Both the position numbers and the translations under genes were made by a program. Of a stretch of 64,000 nt of DNA, positions 52,501 through 64,000 are shown one piece after another. Each line of letters begins with the position of its first letter. Positions within the stretch are counted from its first letter, which is position 1. This DNA is from Phaeosaccion multiseriatum (taxonomy: Eukaryota > Protista > Ochrophyta, other classes), in the NCBI GenBank assembly GCA_965112735.1, contig OZ218952.1:1-64000 (forward strand), given 5' to 3'. The notes under the pieces are model-generated. The model ran no database searches and had not been told where the DNA came from. It worked only from the letters and a program-made list of their open reading frames with translations.

Positions 52501-55500
52501 GGCAATGCAGTATCTCAGTTGGGCCTGTTGTGCTGAGCCAATGCCCGGCGTGACCATGTTGTGGCCAGCTAACGCGTCGTTCGGGCTGTGTGCGCCCCAC
52601 AAATGCCGGCTTTAGGCTTTTTTTATCCCAGCACAGAGCCAGATTGGGCCATTTGAGCCCATCCAAGGCCCCACTTGGCGCTGTTGGGGCAATGCAGTAT
52701 CTCAGTTGGGCCTGTTGTGCTGAGCCAATGCCCGGCGTGAGCATGTTGTGGCCAGCTAACGCGTCGTTCGGGCTGTGTGCGCCCCACAAATGCCGGCTTT
52801 AGGCTTTTTTTATCCCAGCACAGAGCCAGATTGGGCCATTTGAGCCCATCCAAGGCCCCACTTGGCGCTGTTGGGGCAATGCAGTATCTCAGTTGGGCCT
52901 GTTGTGCTGAGCCAATGCCCGGCGTGAGCATGTTGTGGCCAGCAAACGCGTCGTTCGGGCTGTGTGCGCCCCACAAATGCCGGCTTTAGGCTTTTTTGAT
53001 CCCAGCACAGAGCCAGATTGGGCCATTTGAGCCCATCCAAGGCCCCACTTGGCGCTGTTGGGGCAATGCAGTATCTCAGTTGGGCCTGTTGTGCTGAGCC
53101 AATGCCCGGCGTGAGCATGTTGTGGCCAGCAAACGCGTCGTTCGGGCTGTGTGCGCCCCACATATGCCGGCTTTAGGCTTTTTTGATCCCAGCACAGAGC
53201 CAGATTGGGCCATTTGAGCCCATCCAAGGCCCCACTTGGCGCTGTTGGGGCAATGCAGTATCTCAGTTGGGCCTGTTGTGCTGAGCCAATGCCCGGCGTG
53301 AGCATGTTGTGGCCAGCAAACGCGTCGTTCGGGCTGTGTGCGCCCCACAAATGCCGGCTTTAGGCTTTTTTGATCCCAGCACAGAGCCAGATTGGGCCAT
53401 TTGAGCCCATCCAAGGCCCCACTTGGCGCTGTTGGGGCAATGCAGTATCTCAGTTGGGCCTGTTGTGCTGAGCCAATGCCCGGCGTGAGCATGTTGTGGC
53501 CAGCAAACGCGTCGTTCGGGCTGTGTGCGCCCCACATATGCCGGCTTTAGGCTTTTTTGATCCCAGCACAGAGCCAGATTGGGCCATTTGAGCCCATCCA
53601 AGGCCTCACTTGGCGCTGTTGGGGCAATGCAGTATCTCAGTTGGGCCTGTTGTGCTGAGCCAATGCCCGGCGTGACCATGTTGTGGCCAGCTAACGCGTC
53701 GTTCGGGCTGTGTGCGCCCCACAAATGCCGGCTTTAGGCTTTTTTTATCCCAGCACAGAGCCAGATTGGGCCATTTGAGCCCATCCAAGGCCCCACTTGG
53801 CGCTGTTGGGGCAATGCAGTATCTCAGTTGGGCCTGTTGTGCTGAGCCAATGCCCGGCGTGAGCATGTTGTGGCCAGCTAACGCGTCGTTCGGGCTGTGT
53901 GCGCCCCACAAATGCCGGCTTTAGGCTTTTTTTATCCCAGCACAGAGCCAGATTGGGCCATTTGAGCCCATCCAAGGCCCCACTTGGCGCTGTTGGGGCA
54001 ATGCAGTATCTCAGTTGGGCCTGTTGTGCTGAGCCAATGCCCGGCGTGAGCATGTTGTGGCCAGCAAACGCGTCGTTCGGGCTGTGTGCGCCCCACAAAT
54101 GCCGGCTTTAGGCTTTTTTGATCCCAGCACAGAGCCAGATTGGGCCATTTGAGCCCATCCAAGGCCCCACTTGGCGCTGTTGGGGCAATGCAGTATCTCA
54201 GTTGGGCCTGTTGTGCTGAGCCAATGCCCGGCGTGAGCATGTTGTGGCCAGCAAACGCGTCGTTCGGGCTGTGTGCGCCCCACATATGCCGGCTTTAGGC
54301 TTTTTTGATCCCAGCACAGAGCCAGATTGGGCCATTTGAGCCCATCCAAGGCCCCACTTGGCGCTGTTGGGGCAATGCAGTATCTCAGTTGGGCCTGTTG
54401 TGCTGAGCCAATGCCCGGCGTGAGCATGTTGTGGCCAGCAAACGCGTCGTTCGGGCTGTGTGCGCCCCACAAATGCCGGCTTTAGGCTTTTTTGATCCCA
54501 GCACAGAGCCAGATTGGGCCATTTGAGCCCATCCAAGGCCCCACTTGGCGCTGTTGGGGCAATGCAGTATCTCAGTTGGGCCTGTTGTGCTGAGCCAATG
54601 CCCGGCGTGAGCATGTTGTGGCCAGCAAACGCGTCGTTCGGGCTGTGTGCGCCCCACATATGCCGGCTTTAGGCTTTTTTGATCCCAGCACAGAGCCAGA
54701 TTGGGCCATTTGAGCCCATCCAAGGCCTCACTTGGCGCTGTTGGGGCAATGCAGTATCTCAGTTGGGCCTGTTGTGCTGAGCCAATGCCCGGCGTGACCA
54801 TGTTGTGGCCAGCTAACGCGTCGTTCGGGCTGTGTGCGCCCCACAAATGCCGGCTTTAGGCTTTTTTTATCCCAGCACAGAGCCAGATTGGGCCATTTGA
54901 GCCCATCCAAGGCCCCACTTGGCGCTGTTGGGGCAATGCAGTATCTCAGTTGGGCCTGTTGTGCTGAGCCAATGCCCGGCGTGAGCATGTTGTGGCCAGC
55001 TAACGCGTCGTTCGGGCTGTGTGCGCCCCACAAATGCCGGCTTTAGGCTTTTTTTATCCCAGCACAGAGCCAGATTGGGCCATTTGAGCCCATCCAAGGC
55101 CCCACTTGGCGCTGTTGGGGCAATGCAGTATCTCAGTTGGGCCTGTTGTGCTGAGCCAATGGCCGGCGTGAGCATGTTGTGGCCAGCTAACGCGTCGTTC
55201 GGGCTGTGTGCGCCCCACAAATGCCGGCTTTAGGCTTTTTTATCCCAGCACAGAGCCAGATTGGGCCATTTGAGCCCATCCAAGGCCCCACTTGGCGCTG
55301 TTGGGGCAATGCAGTATCTCAGTTGGGCCTGTTGTGCTGAGCCAATGCCCGGCGTGAGCATGTTGTGGCCAGCAAACGCGTCGTTCGGGCTGTGTGCGCC
55401 CCACAAATGCCGGCTTTAGGCTTTTTTGATCCCAGCACAGAGCCAGATTGGGCCATTTGAGCCCATCCAAGGCCCCACTTGGCGCTGTTGGGGCAATGCA

Positions 55501-58500
55501 GTATCTCAGTTGGGCCTGTTGTGCTGAGCCAATGCCCGGCGTGAGCATGTTGTGGCCAGCAAACGCGTCGTTCGGGCTGTGTGCGCCCCACAAATGCCGG
55601 CTTTAGGCTTTTTTGATCCCAGCACAGAGCCAGATTGGGCCATTTGAGCCCATCCAAGGCCCCACTTGGCGCTGTTGGGGCAATGCAGTATCTCAGTTGG
55701 GCCTGTTGTGCTGAGCCAATGCCCGGCGTGACCATGTTGTGGCCAGCTAACGCGTCGTTCGGGCTGTGTGCGCCCCACAAATGCCGGCTTTAGGCTTTTT
55801 TGATCCCAGCACAGAGCCAGATTGGGCCATTTGAGCCCATCCAAGGCCCCACTTGGCGCTGTTGGGGCAATGCAGTATCTCAGTTGGGCCTGTTGTGCTG
55901 AGCCAATGCCCGGCGTGAGCATGTTGTGGCCAGCAAACGCGTCGTTCGGGCTGTGTGCGCCCCACAAATGCCGGCTTTAGGCTTTTTTATCCCAGCACAG
56001 AGCCAGATTGGGCCATTTGAGCCCATCCAAGGCCCCACTTGGCGCTGTTGGGGCAATGCAGTATCTCAGTTGGGCCTGTTGTGCTGAGCCAATGCCCGGC
56101 GTGAGCATGTTGTGGCCAGCAAACGCGTCGTTCGGGCTGTGTGCGCCCCACAAATGCCGGCTTTAGGCTTTTTTGATCCCAGCACAGAGCCAGATTGGGC
56201 CATTTGAGCCCATCCAAGGCCCCACTTGGCGCTGTTGGGGCAATGCAGTATCTCAGTTGGGCCTGTTGTGCTGAGCCAATGCCCGGCGTGAGCATGTTGT
56301 GGCCAGCTAACGCGTCGTTCGGGCTGTGTGCGCCCCACAAATGCCGGCTTTAGGCTTTTTTTATCCCAGCACAGAGCCAGATTGGGCCATTTGAGCCCAT
56401 CCAAGGCCCCACTTGGCGCTGTTGGGGCAATGCAGTATCTCAGTTGGGCCTGTTGTGCTGAGCCAATGCCCGGCGTGAGCATGTTGTGGCCAGCTAACGC
56501 GTCGTTCGGGCTGTGTGCGCCCCACAAATGCCGGCTTTAGGCTTTTTTGATCCCAGCACAGAGCCAGATTGGGCCATTTGAGCCCATCCAAGGCCCCACT
56601 TGGCGCTGTTGGGGCAATGCAGTATCTCAGTTGGGCCTGTTGTGCTGAGCCAATGCCCGGCGTGAGCATGTTGTGGCCAGCTAACGCGTCGTTCGGGCTG
56701 TGTGCGCCCCACAAATGCCGGCTTTAGGCTTTTTTGATCCCAGCACAGAGCCAGATTGGGCCATTTGAGCCCATCCAAGGCCCCACTTGGCGCTGTTGGG
56801 GCAATGCAGTATCTCAGTTGGGCCTGTTGTGCTGAGCCAATGCCCGGCGTGACCATGTTGTGGCCAGCTAACGCGTCGTTCGGGCTGTGTGCGCCCCACA
56901 AATGCCGGCTTTAGGCTTTTTTGATCCCAGCACAGAGCCAGATTGGGCCATTTGAGCCCATCCAAGGCCCCACTTGGCGCTGTTGGGGCAATGCAGTATC
57001 TCAGTTGGGCCTGTTGTGCTGAGCCAATGCCCGGCGTGAGCATGTTGTGGCCAGCAAACGCGTCGTTCGGGCTGTGTGCGCCCCACAAATGCCGGCTTTA
57101 GGCTTTTTTGATCCCAGCACAGAGCCAGATTGGGCCATTTGAGCCCATCCAAGGCCCCACTTGGCGCTGTTGGGGCAATGCAGTATCTCAGTTGGGCCTG
57201 TTGTGCTGAGCCAATGCCCGGCGTGAGCATGTTGTGGCCAGCAAACGCGTCGTTCGGGCTGTGTGCGCCCCACAAATGCCGGCTTTAGGCTTTTTTGATC
57301 CCAGCACAGAGCCAGATTGGGCCATTTGAGCCCATCCAAGGCCCCACTTGGCGCTGTTGGGGCAATGCAGTATCTCAGTTGGGCCTGTTGTGCTGAGCCA
57401 ATGCCCGGCGTGAGCATGTTGTGGCCAGCTAACGCGTCGTTCGGGCTGTGTGCGCCCCACAAATGCCGGCTTTAGGCTTTTTTGATCCCAGCACAGAGCC
57501 AGATTGGGCCATTTGAGCCCATCCAAGGCCCCACTTGGCGCTGTTGGGGCAATGCAGTATCTCAGTTGGGCCTGTTGTGCTGAGCCAATGCCCGGCGTGA
57601 GCATGTTGTGGCCAGCAAACGCGTCGTTCGGGCTGTGTGCGCCCCACAAATGCCGGCTTTAGGCTTTTTTGATCCCAGCACAGAGCCAGATTGGGCCATT
57701 TGAGCCCATCCAAGGCCCCACTTGGCGCTGTTGGGGCAATGCAGTATCTCAGTTGGGCCTGTTGTGCTGAGCCAATGCCCGGCGTGAGCATGTTGTGGCC
57801 AGCAAACGCGTCGTTCGGGCTGTGTGCGCCCCACAAATGCCGGCTTTAGGCTTTTTTGATCCCAGCACAGAGCCAGATTGGGCCATTTGAGCCCATCCAA
57901 GGCCCCACTTGGCGCTGTTGGGGCAATGCAGTATCTCAGTTGGGCCTGTTGTGCTGAGCCAATGCCCGGCGTGAGCATGTTGTGGCCAGCTAACGCGTCG
58001 TTCGGGCTGTGTGCGCCCCACAAATGCCGGCTTTAGGCTTTTTTGATCCCAGCACAGAGCCAGATTGGGCCATTTGAGCCCATCCAAGGCCCCACTTGGC
58101 GCTGTTGGGGCAATGCAGTATCTCAGTTGGGCCTGTTGTGCTGAGCCAATGCCCGGCGTGAGCATGTTGTGGCCAGCAAACGCGTCGTTCGGGCTGTGTG
58201 CGCCCCACAAATGCCGGCTTTAGGCTTTTTTGATCCCAGCACAGAGCCAGATTGGGCCATTTGAGCCCATCCAAGGCCCCACTTGGCGCTGTTGGGGCAA
58301 TGCAGTATCTCAGTTGGGCCTGTTGTGCTGAGCCAATGCCCGGCGTGAGCATGTTGTGGCCAGCAAACGCGTCGTTCGGGCTGTGTGCGCCCCACAAATG
58401 CCGGCTTTAGGCTTTTTTGATCCCAGCACAGAGCCAGATTGGGCCATTTGAGCCCATCCAAGGCCCCACTTGGCGCTGTTGGGGCAATGCAGTATCTCAG

Positions 58501-61500
58501 TTGGGCCTGTTGTGCTGAGCCAATGCCCGGCGTGAGCATGTTGTGGCCAGCTAACGCGTCGTTCGGGCTGTGTGCGCCCCACAAATGCCGGCTTTAGGCT
58601 TTTTTGATCCCAGCACAGAGCCAGATTGGGCCATTTGAGCCCATCCAAGGCCCCACTTGGCGCTGTTGGGGCAATGCAGTATCTCAGTTGGGCCTGTTGT
58701 GCTGAGCCAATGCCCGGCGTGAGCATGTTGTGGCCAGCTAACGCGTCGTTCGGGCTGTGTGCGCCCCACAAATGCCGGCTTTAGGCTTTTTTGATCCCAG
58801 CACAGAGCCAGATTGGGCCATTTGAGCCCATCCAAGGCCCCACTTGGCGCTGTTGGGGCAATGCAGTATCTCAGTTGGGCCTGTTGTGCTGAGCCAATGC
58901 CCGGCGTGAGCATGTTGTGGCCAGCAAACGCGTCGTTCGGGCTGTGTGCGCCCCACAAATGCCGGCTTTAGGCTTTTTTGATCCCAGCACAGAGCCAGAT
59001 TGGGCCATTTGAGCCCATCCAAGGCCCCACTTGGCGCTGTTGGGGCAATGCAGTATCTCAGTTGGGCCTGTTGTGCTGAGCCAATGCCCGGCGTGAGCAT
59101 GTTGTGGCCAGCTAACGCGTCGTTCGGGCTGTGTGCGCCCCACAAATGCCGGCTTTAGGCTTTTTTGATCCCAGCACAGAGCCAGATTGGGCCATTTGAG
59201 CCCATCCAAGGCCCCACTTGGCGCTGTTGGGGCAATGCAGTATCTCAGTTGGGCCTGTTGTGCTGAGCCAATGCCCGGCGTGAGCATGTTGTGGCCAGCA
59301 AACGCGTCGTTCGGGCTGTGTGCGCCCCACAAATGCCGGCTTTAGGCTTTTTTGATCCCAGCACAGAGCCAGATTGGGCCATTTGAGCCCATCCAAGGCC
59401 CCACTTGGCGCTGTTGGGGCAATGCAGTATCTCAGTTGGGCCTGTTGTGCTGAGCCAATGCCCGGCGTGAGCATGTTGTGGCCAGCTAACGCGTCGTTCG
59501 GGCTGTGTGCGCCCCACAAATGCCGGCTTTAGGCTTTTTTTATCCCAGCACAGAGCCAGATTGGGCCATTTGAGCCCATCCAAGGCCCCACTTGGCGCTG
59601 TTGGGGCAATGCAGTATCTCAGTTGGGCCTGTTGTGCTGAGCCAATGCCCGGCGTGAGCATGTTGTGGCCAGCTAACGCGTCGTTCGGGCTGTGTGCGCC
59701 CCACAAATGCCGGCTTTAGGCTTTTTTTATCCCAGCACAGAGCCAGATTGGGCCATTTGAGCCCATCCAAGGCCCCACTTGGCGCTGTTGGGGCAATGCA
59801 GTATCTCAGTTGGGCCTGTTGTGCTGAGCCAATGCCCGGCGTGAGCATGTTGTGGCCAGCTAACGCGTCGTTCGGGCTGTGTGCGCCCCACAAATGCCGG
59901 CTTTAGGCTTTTTTGATCCCAGCACAGAGCCAGATTGGGCCATTTGAGCCCATCCAAGGCCCCACTTGGCGCTGTTGGGGCAATGCAGTATCTCAGTTGG
60001 GCCTGTTGTGCTGAGCCAATGCCCGGCGTGAGCATGTTGTGGCCAGCTAACGCGTCGTTCGGGCTGTGTGCGCCCCACAAATGCCGGCTTTAGGCTTTTT
60101 TGATCCCAGCACAGAGCCAGATTGGGCCATTTGAGCCCATCCAAGGCCCCACTTGGCGCTGTTGGGGCAATGCAGTATCTCAGTTGGGCCTGTTGTGCTG
60201 AGCCAATGCCCGGCGTGAGCATGTTGTGGCCAGCAAACGCGTCGTTCGGGCTGTGTGCGCCCCACAAATGCCGGCTTTAGGCTTTTTTGATCCCAGCACA
60301 GAGCCAGATTGGGCCATTTGAGCCCATCCAAGGCCCCACTTGGCGCTGTTGGGGCAATGCAGTATCTCAGTTGGGCCTGTTGTGCTGAGCCAATGCCCGG
60401 CGTGAGCATGTTGTGGCCAGCTAACGCGTCGTTCGGGCTGTGTGCGCCCCACAAATGCCGGCTTTAGGCTTTTTTGATCCCAGCACAGAGCCAGATTGGG
60501 CCATTTGAGCCCATCCAAGGCCCCACTTGGCGCTGTTGGGGCAATGCAGTATCTCAGTTGGGCCTGTTGTGCTGAGCCAATGCCCGGCGTGAGCATGTTG
60601 TGGCCAGCAAACGCGTCGTTCGGGCTGTGTGCGCCCCACAAATGCCGGCTTTAGGCTTTTTTGATCCCAGCACAGAGCCAGATTGGGCCATTTGAGCCCA
60701 TCCAAGGCCCCACTTGGCGCTGTTGGGGCAATGCAGTATCTCAGTTGGGCCTGTTGTGCTGAGCCAATGCCCGGCGTGAGCATGTTGTGGCCAGCAAACG
60801 CGTCGTTCGGGCTGTGTGCGCCCCACAAATGCCGGCTTTAGGCTTTTTTGATCCCAGCACAGAGCCAGATTGGGCCATTTGAGCCCATCCAAGGCCCCAC
60901 TTGGCGCTGTTGGGGCAATGCAGTATCTCAGTTGGGCCTGTTGTGCTGAGCCAATGCCCGGCGTGAGCATGTTGTGGCCAGCTAACGCGTCGTTCGGGCT
61001 GTGTGCGCCCCACAAATGCCGGCTTTAGGCTTTTTTGATCCCAGCACAGAGCCAGATTGGGCCATTTGAGCCCATCCAAGGCCCCACTTGGCGCTGTTGG
61101 GGCAATGCAGTATCTCAGTTGGGCCTGTTGTGCTGAGCCAATGCCCGGCGTGAGCATGTTGTGGCCAGCAAACGCGTCGTTCGGGCTGTGTGCGCCCCAC
61201 AAATGCCGGCTTTAGGCTTTTTTGATCCCAGCACAGAGCCAGATTGGGCCATTTGAGCCCATCCAAGGCCCCACTTGGCGCTGTTGGGGCAATGCAGTAT
61301 CTCAGTTGGGCCTGTTGTGCTGAGCCAATGCCCGGCGTGAGCATGTTGTGGCCAGCAAACGCGTCGTTCGGGCTGTGTGCGCCCCACAAATGCCGGCTTT
61401 AGGCTTTTTTGATCCCAGCACAGAGCCAGATTGGGCCATTTGAGCCCATCCAAGGCCCCACTTGGCGCTGTTGGGGCAATGCAGTATCTCAGTTGGGCCT

Positions 61501-64000
61501 GTTGTGCTGAGCCAATGCCCGGCGTGAGCATGTTGTGGCCAGCTAACGCGTCGTTCGGGCTGTGTGCGCCCCACAAATGCCGGCTTTAGGCTTTTTTGAT
61601 CCCAGCACAGAGCCAGATTGGGCCATTTGAGCCCATCCAAGGCCCCACTTGGCGCTGTTGGGGCAATGCAGTATCTCAGTTGGGCCTGTTGTGCTGAGCC
61701 AATGCCCGGCGTGAGCATGTTGTGGCCAGCTAACGCGTCGTTCGGGCTGTGTGCGCCCCACAAATGCCGGCTTTAGGCTTTTTTTATCCCAGCACAGAGC
61801 CAGATTGGGCCATTTGAGCCCATCCAAGGCCCCACTTGGCGCTGTTGGGGCAATGCAGTATCTCAGTTGGGCCTGTTGTGCTGAGCCAATGCCCGGCGTG
61901 AGCATGTTGTGGCCAGCTAACGCGTCGTTCGGGCTGTGTGCGCCCCACAAATGCCGGCTTTAGGCTTTTTTGATCCCAGCACAGAGCCAGATTGGGCCAT
62001 TTGAGCCCATCCAAGGCCCCACTTGGCGCTGTTGGGGCAATGCAGTATCTCAGTTGGGCCTGTTGTGCTGAGCCAATGCCCGGCGTGAGCATGTTGTGGC
62101 CAGCAAACGCGTCGTTCGGGCTGTGTGCGCCCCACAAATGCCGGCTTTAGGCTTTTTTGATCCCAGCACAGAGCCAGATTGGGCCATTTGAGCCCATCCA
62201 AGGCCCCACTTGGCGCTGTTGGGGCAATGCAGTATCTCAGTTGGGCCTGTTGTGCTGAGCCAATGCCCGGCGTGAGCATGTTGTGGCCAGCTAACGCGTC
62301 GTTCGGGCTGTGTGCGCCCCACAAATGCCGGCTTTAGGCTTTTTTGATCCCAGCACAGAGCCAGATTGGGCCATTTGAGCCCATCCAAGGCCCCACTTGG
62401 CGCTGTTGGGGCAATGCAGTATCTCAGTTGGGCCTGTTGTGCTGAGCCAATGCCCGGCGTGAGCATGTTGTGGCCAGCTAACGCGTCGTTCGGGCTGTGT
62501 GCGCCCCACAAATGCCGGCTTTAGGCTTTTTTGATCCCAGCACAGAGCCAGATTGGGCCATTTGAGCCCATCCAAGGCCCCACTTGGCGCTGTTGGGGCA
62601 ATGCAGTATCTCAGTTGGGCCTGTTGTGCTGAGCCAATGCCCGGCGTGAGCATGTTGTGGCCAGCTAACGCGTCGTTCGGGCTGTGTGCGCCCCACAAAT
62701 GCCGGCTTTAGGCTTTTTTTATCCCAGCACAGAGCCAGATTGGGCCATTTGAGCCCATCCAAGGCCCCACTTGGCGCTGTTGGGGCAATGCAGTATCTCA
62801 GTTGGGCCTGTTGTGCTGAGCCAATGCCCGGCGTGAGCATGTTGTGGCCAGCAAACGCGTCGTTCGGGCTGTGTGCGCCCCACAAATGCCGGCTTTAGGC
62901 TTTTTTGATCCCAGCACAGAGCCAGATTGGGCCATTTGAGCCCATCCAAGGCCCCACTTGGCGCTGTTGGGGCAATGCAGTATCTCAGTTGGGCCTGTTG
63001 TGCTGAGCCAATGCCCGGCGTGAGCATGTTGTGGCCAGCAAACGCGTCGTTCGGGCTGTGTGCGCCCCACAAATGCCGGCTTTAGGCTTTTTTGATCCCA
63101 GCACAGAGCCAGATTGGGCCATTTGAGCCCATCCAAGGCCCCACTTGGCGCTGTTGGGGCAATGCAGTATCTCAGTTGGGCCTGTTGTGCTGAGCCAATG
63201 CCCGGCGTGACCATGTTGTGGCCAGCTAACGCGTCGTTCGGGCTGTGTGCGCCCCACAAATGCCGGCTTTAGGCTTTTTTTATCCCAGCACAGAGCCAGA
63301 TTGGGCCATTTGAGCCCATCCAAGGCCCCACTTGGCGCTGTTGGGGCAATGCAGTATCTCAGTTGGGCCTGTTGTGCTGAGCCAATGCCCGGCGTGAGCA
63401 TGTTGTGGCCAGCTAACGCGTCGTTCGGGCTGTGTGCGCCCCACAAATGCCGGCTTTAGGCTTTTTTGATCCCAGCACAGAGCCAGATTGGGCCATTTGA
63501 GCCCATCCAAGGCCCCACTTGGCGCTGTTGGGGCAATGCAGTATCTCAGTTGGGCCTGTTGTGCTGAGCCAATGCCCGGCGTGAGCATGTTGTGGCCAGC
63601 TAACGCGTCGTTCGGGCTGTGTGCGCCCCACAAATGCCGGCTTTAGGCTTTTTTGATCCCAGCACAGAGCCAGATTGGGCCATTTGAGCCCATCCAAGGC
63701 CCCACTTGGCGCTGTTGGGGCAATGCAGTATCTCAGTTGGGCCTGTTGTGCTGAGCCAATGCCCGGCGTGAGCATGTTGTGGCCAGCTAACGCGTCGTTC
63801 GGGCTGTGTGCGCCCCACAAATGCCGGCTTTAGGCTTTTTTGATCCCAGCACAGAGCCAGATTGGGCCATTTGAGCCCATCCAAGGCCCCACTTGGCGCT
63901 GTTGGGGCAATGCAGTATCTCAGTTGGGCCTGTTGTGCTGAGCCAATGCCCGGCGTGAGCATGTTGTGGCCAGCAAACGCGTCGTTCGGGCTGTGTGCGC
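40589..64000 (+). repeat. Homogeneous 187-bp satellite array S5 (about 125 monomers, runs off the window)
   Basis: Strict 187-bp period with occasional 186-bp units. Variation is mostly confined to a few dimorphic sites. Confidence 0.99.

Noticed and set aside
15689-63962. Hundreds of ORFs such as MWGAHSPNDA... and MRPTNAGFRL...
   Set aside because: Translations of the 187-bp satellite. The period is not a multiple of 3 and no domain is recognisable.
40589-64000. CRISPR-like array
   Set aside because: Contiguous near-identical monomers with no unique spacers and no cas genes, in a eukaryotic TE context.
1-64000. Assignment of host species
   Set aside because: TE style and GGGA tracts suggest an alga or protist, possibly a stramenopile, but no host gene is present to support a call.

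Overview
Eukaryotic heterochromatin with no host gene, read as the edge of a satellite array (candidate centromere or pericentromere boundary). From left to right: a (GGGA)n tract; a scrambled nest of three Ty3/Gypsy chromovirus families (G1-G3) and a deleted Ty1/Copia element; then a 187-bp tandem satellite interrupted by non-autonomous elements until 40,588 and pure from 40,589 to the end (about 125 monomers, with local 3-mer and 6-mer higher-order repeats). The interrupting elements are a non-autonomous LTR element W (tRNA-Ala-type PBS, 4-bp TSD) and two related families, X and Z, with split direct repeats (A1-internal-B1-A2-B2) and no TSD, the architecture of PAT/Ngaro-type tyrosine-recombinase retrotransposons. 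Most unusual observations: (1) perfect palindromes replace the tRNA primer-binding site in two Gypsy families and, independently, in the Copia element; (2) the Gypsy RTs have YIDN/YIDI instead of YxDD; (3) a covarying stem forms across the B-A junction of X/Z, and X makes one-end-precise truncated insertions that the standard YR circle model does not predict; (4) one roughly 0.95-kb cargo module is shared, co-oriented, by W, X and Z. Family names are my own labels. All alignments were done by eye and no database was searched.
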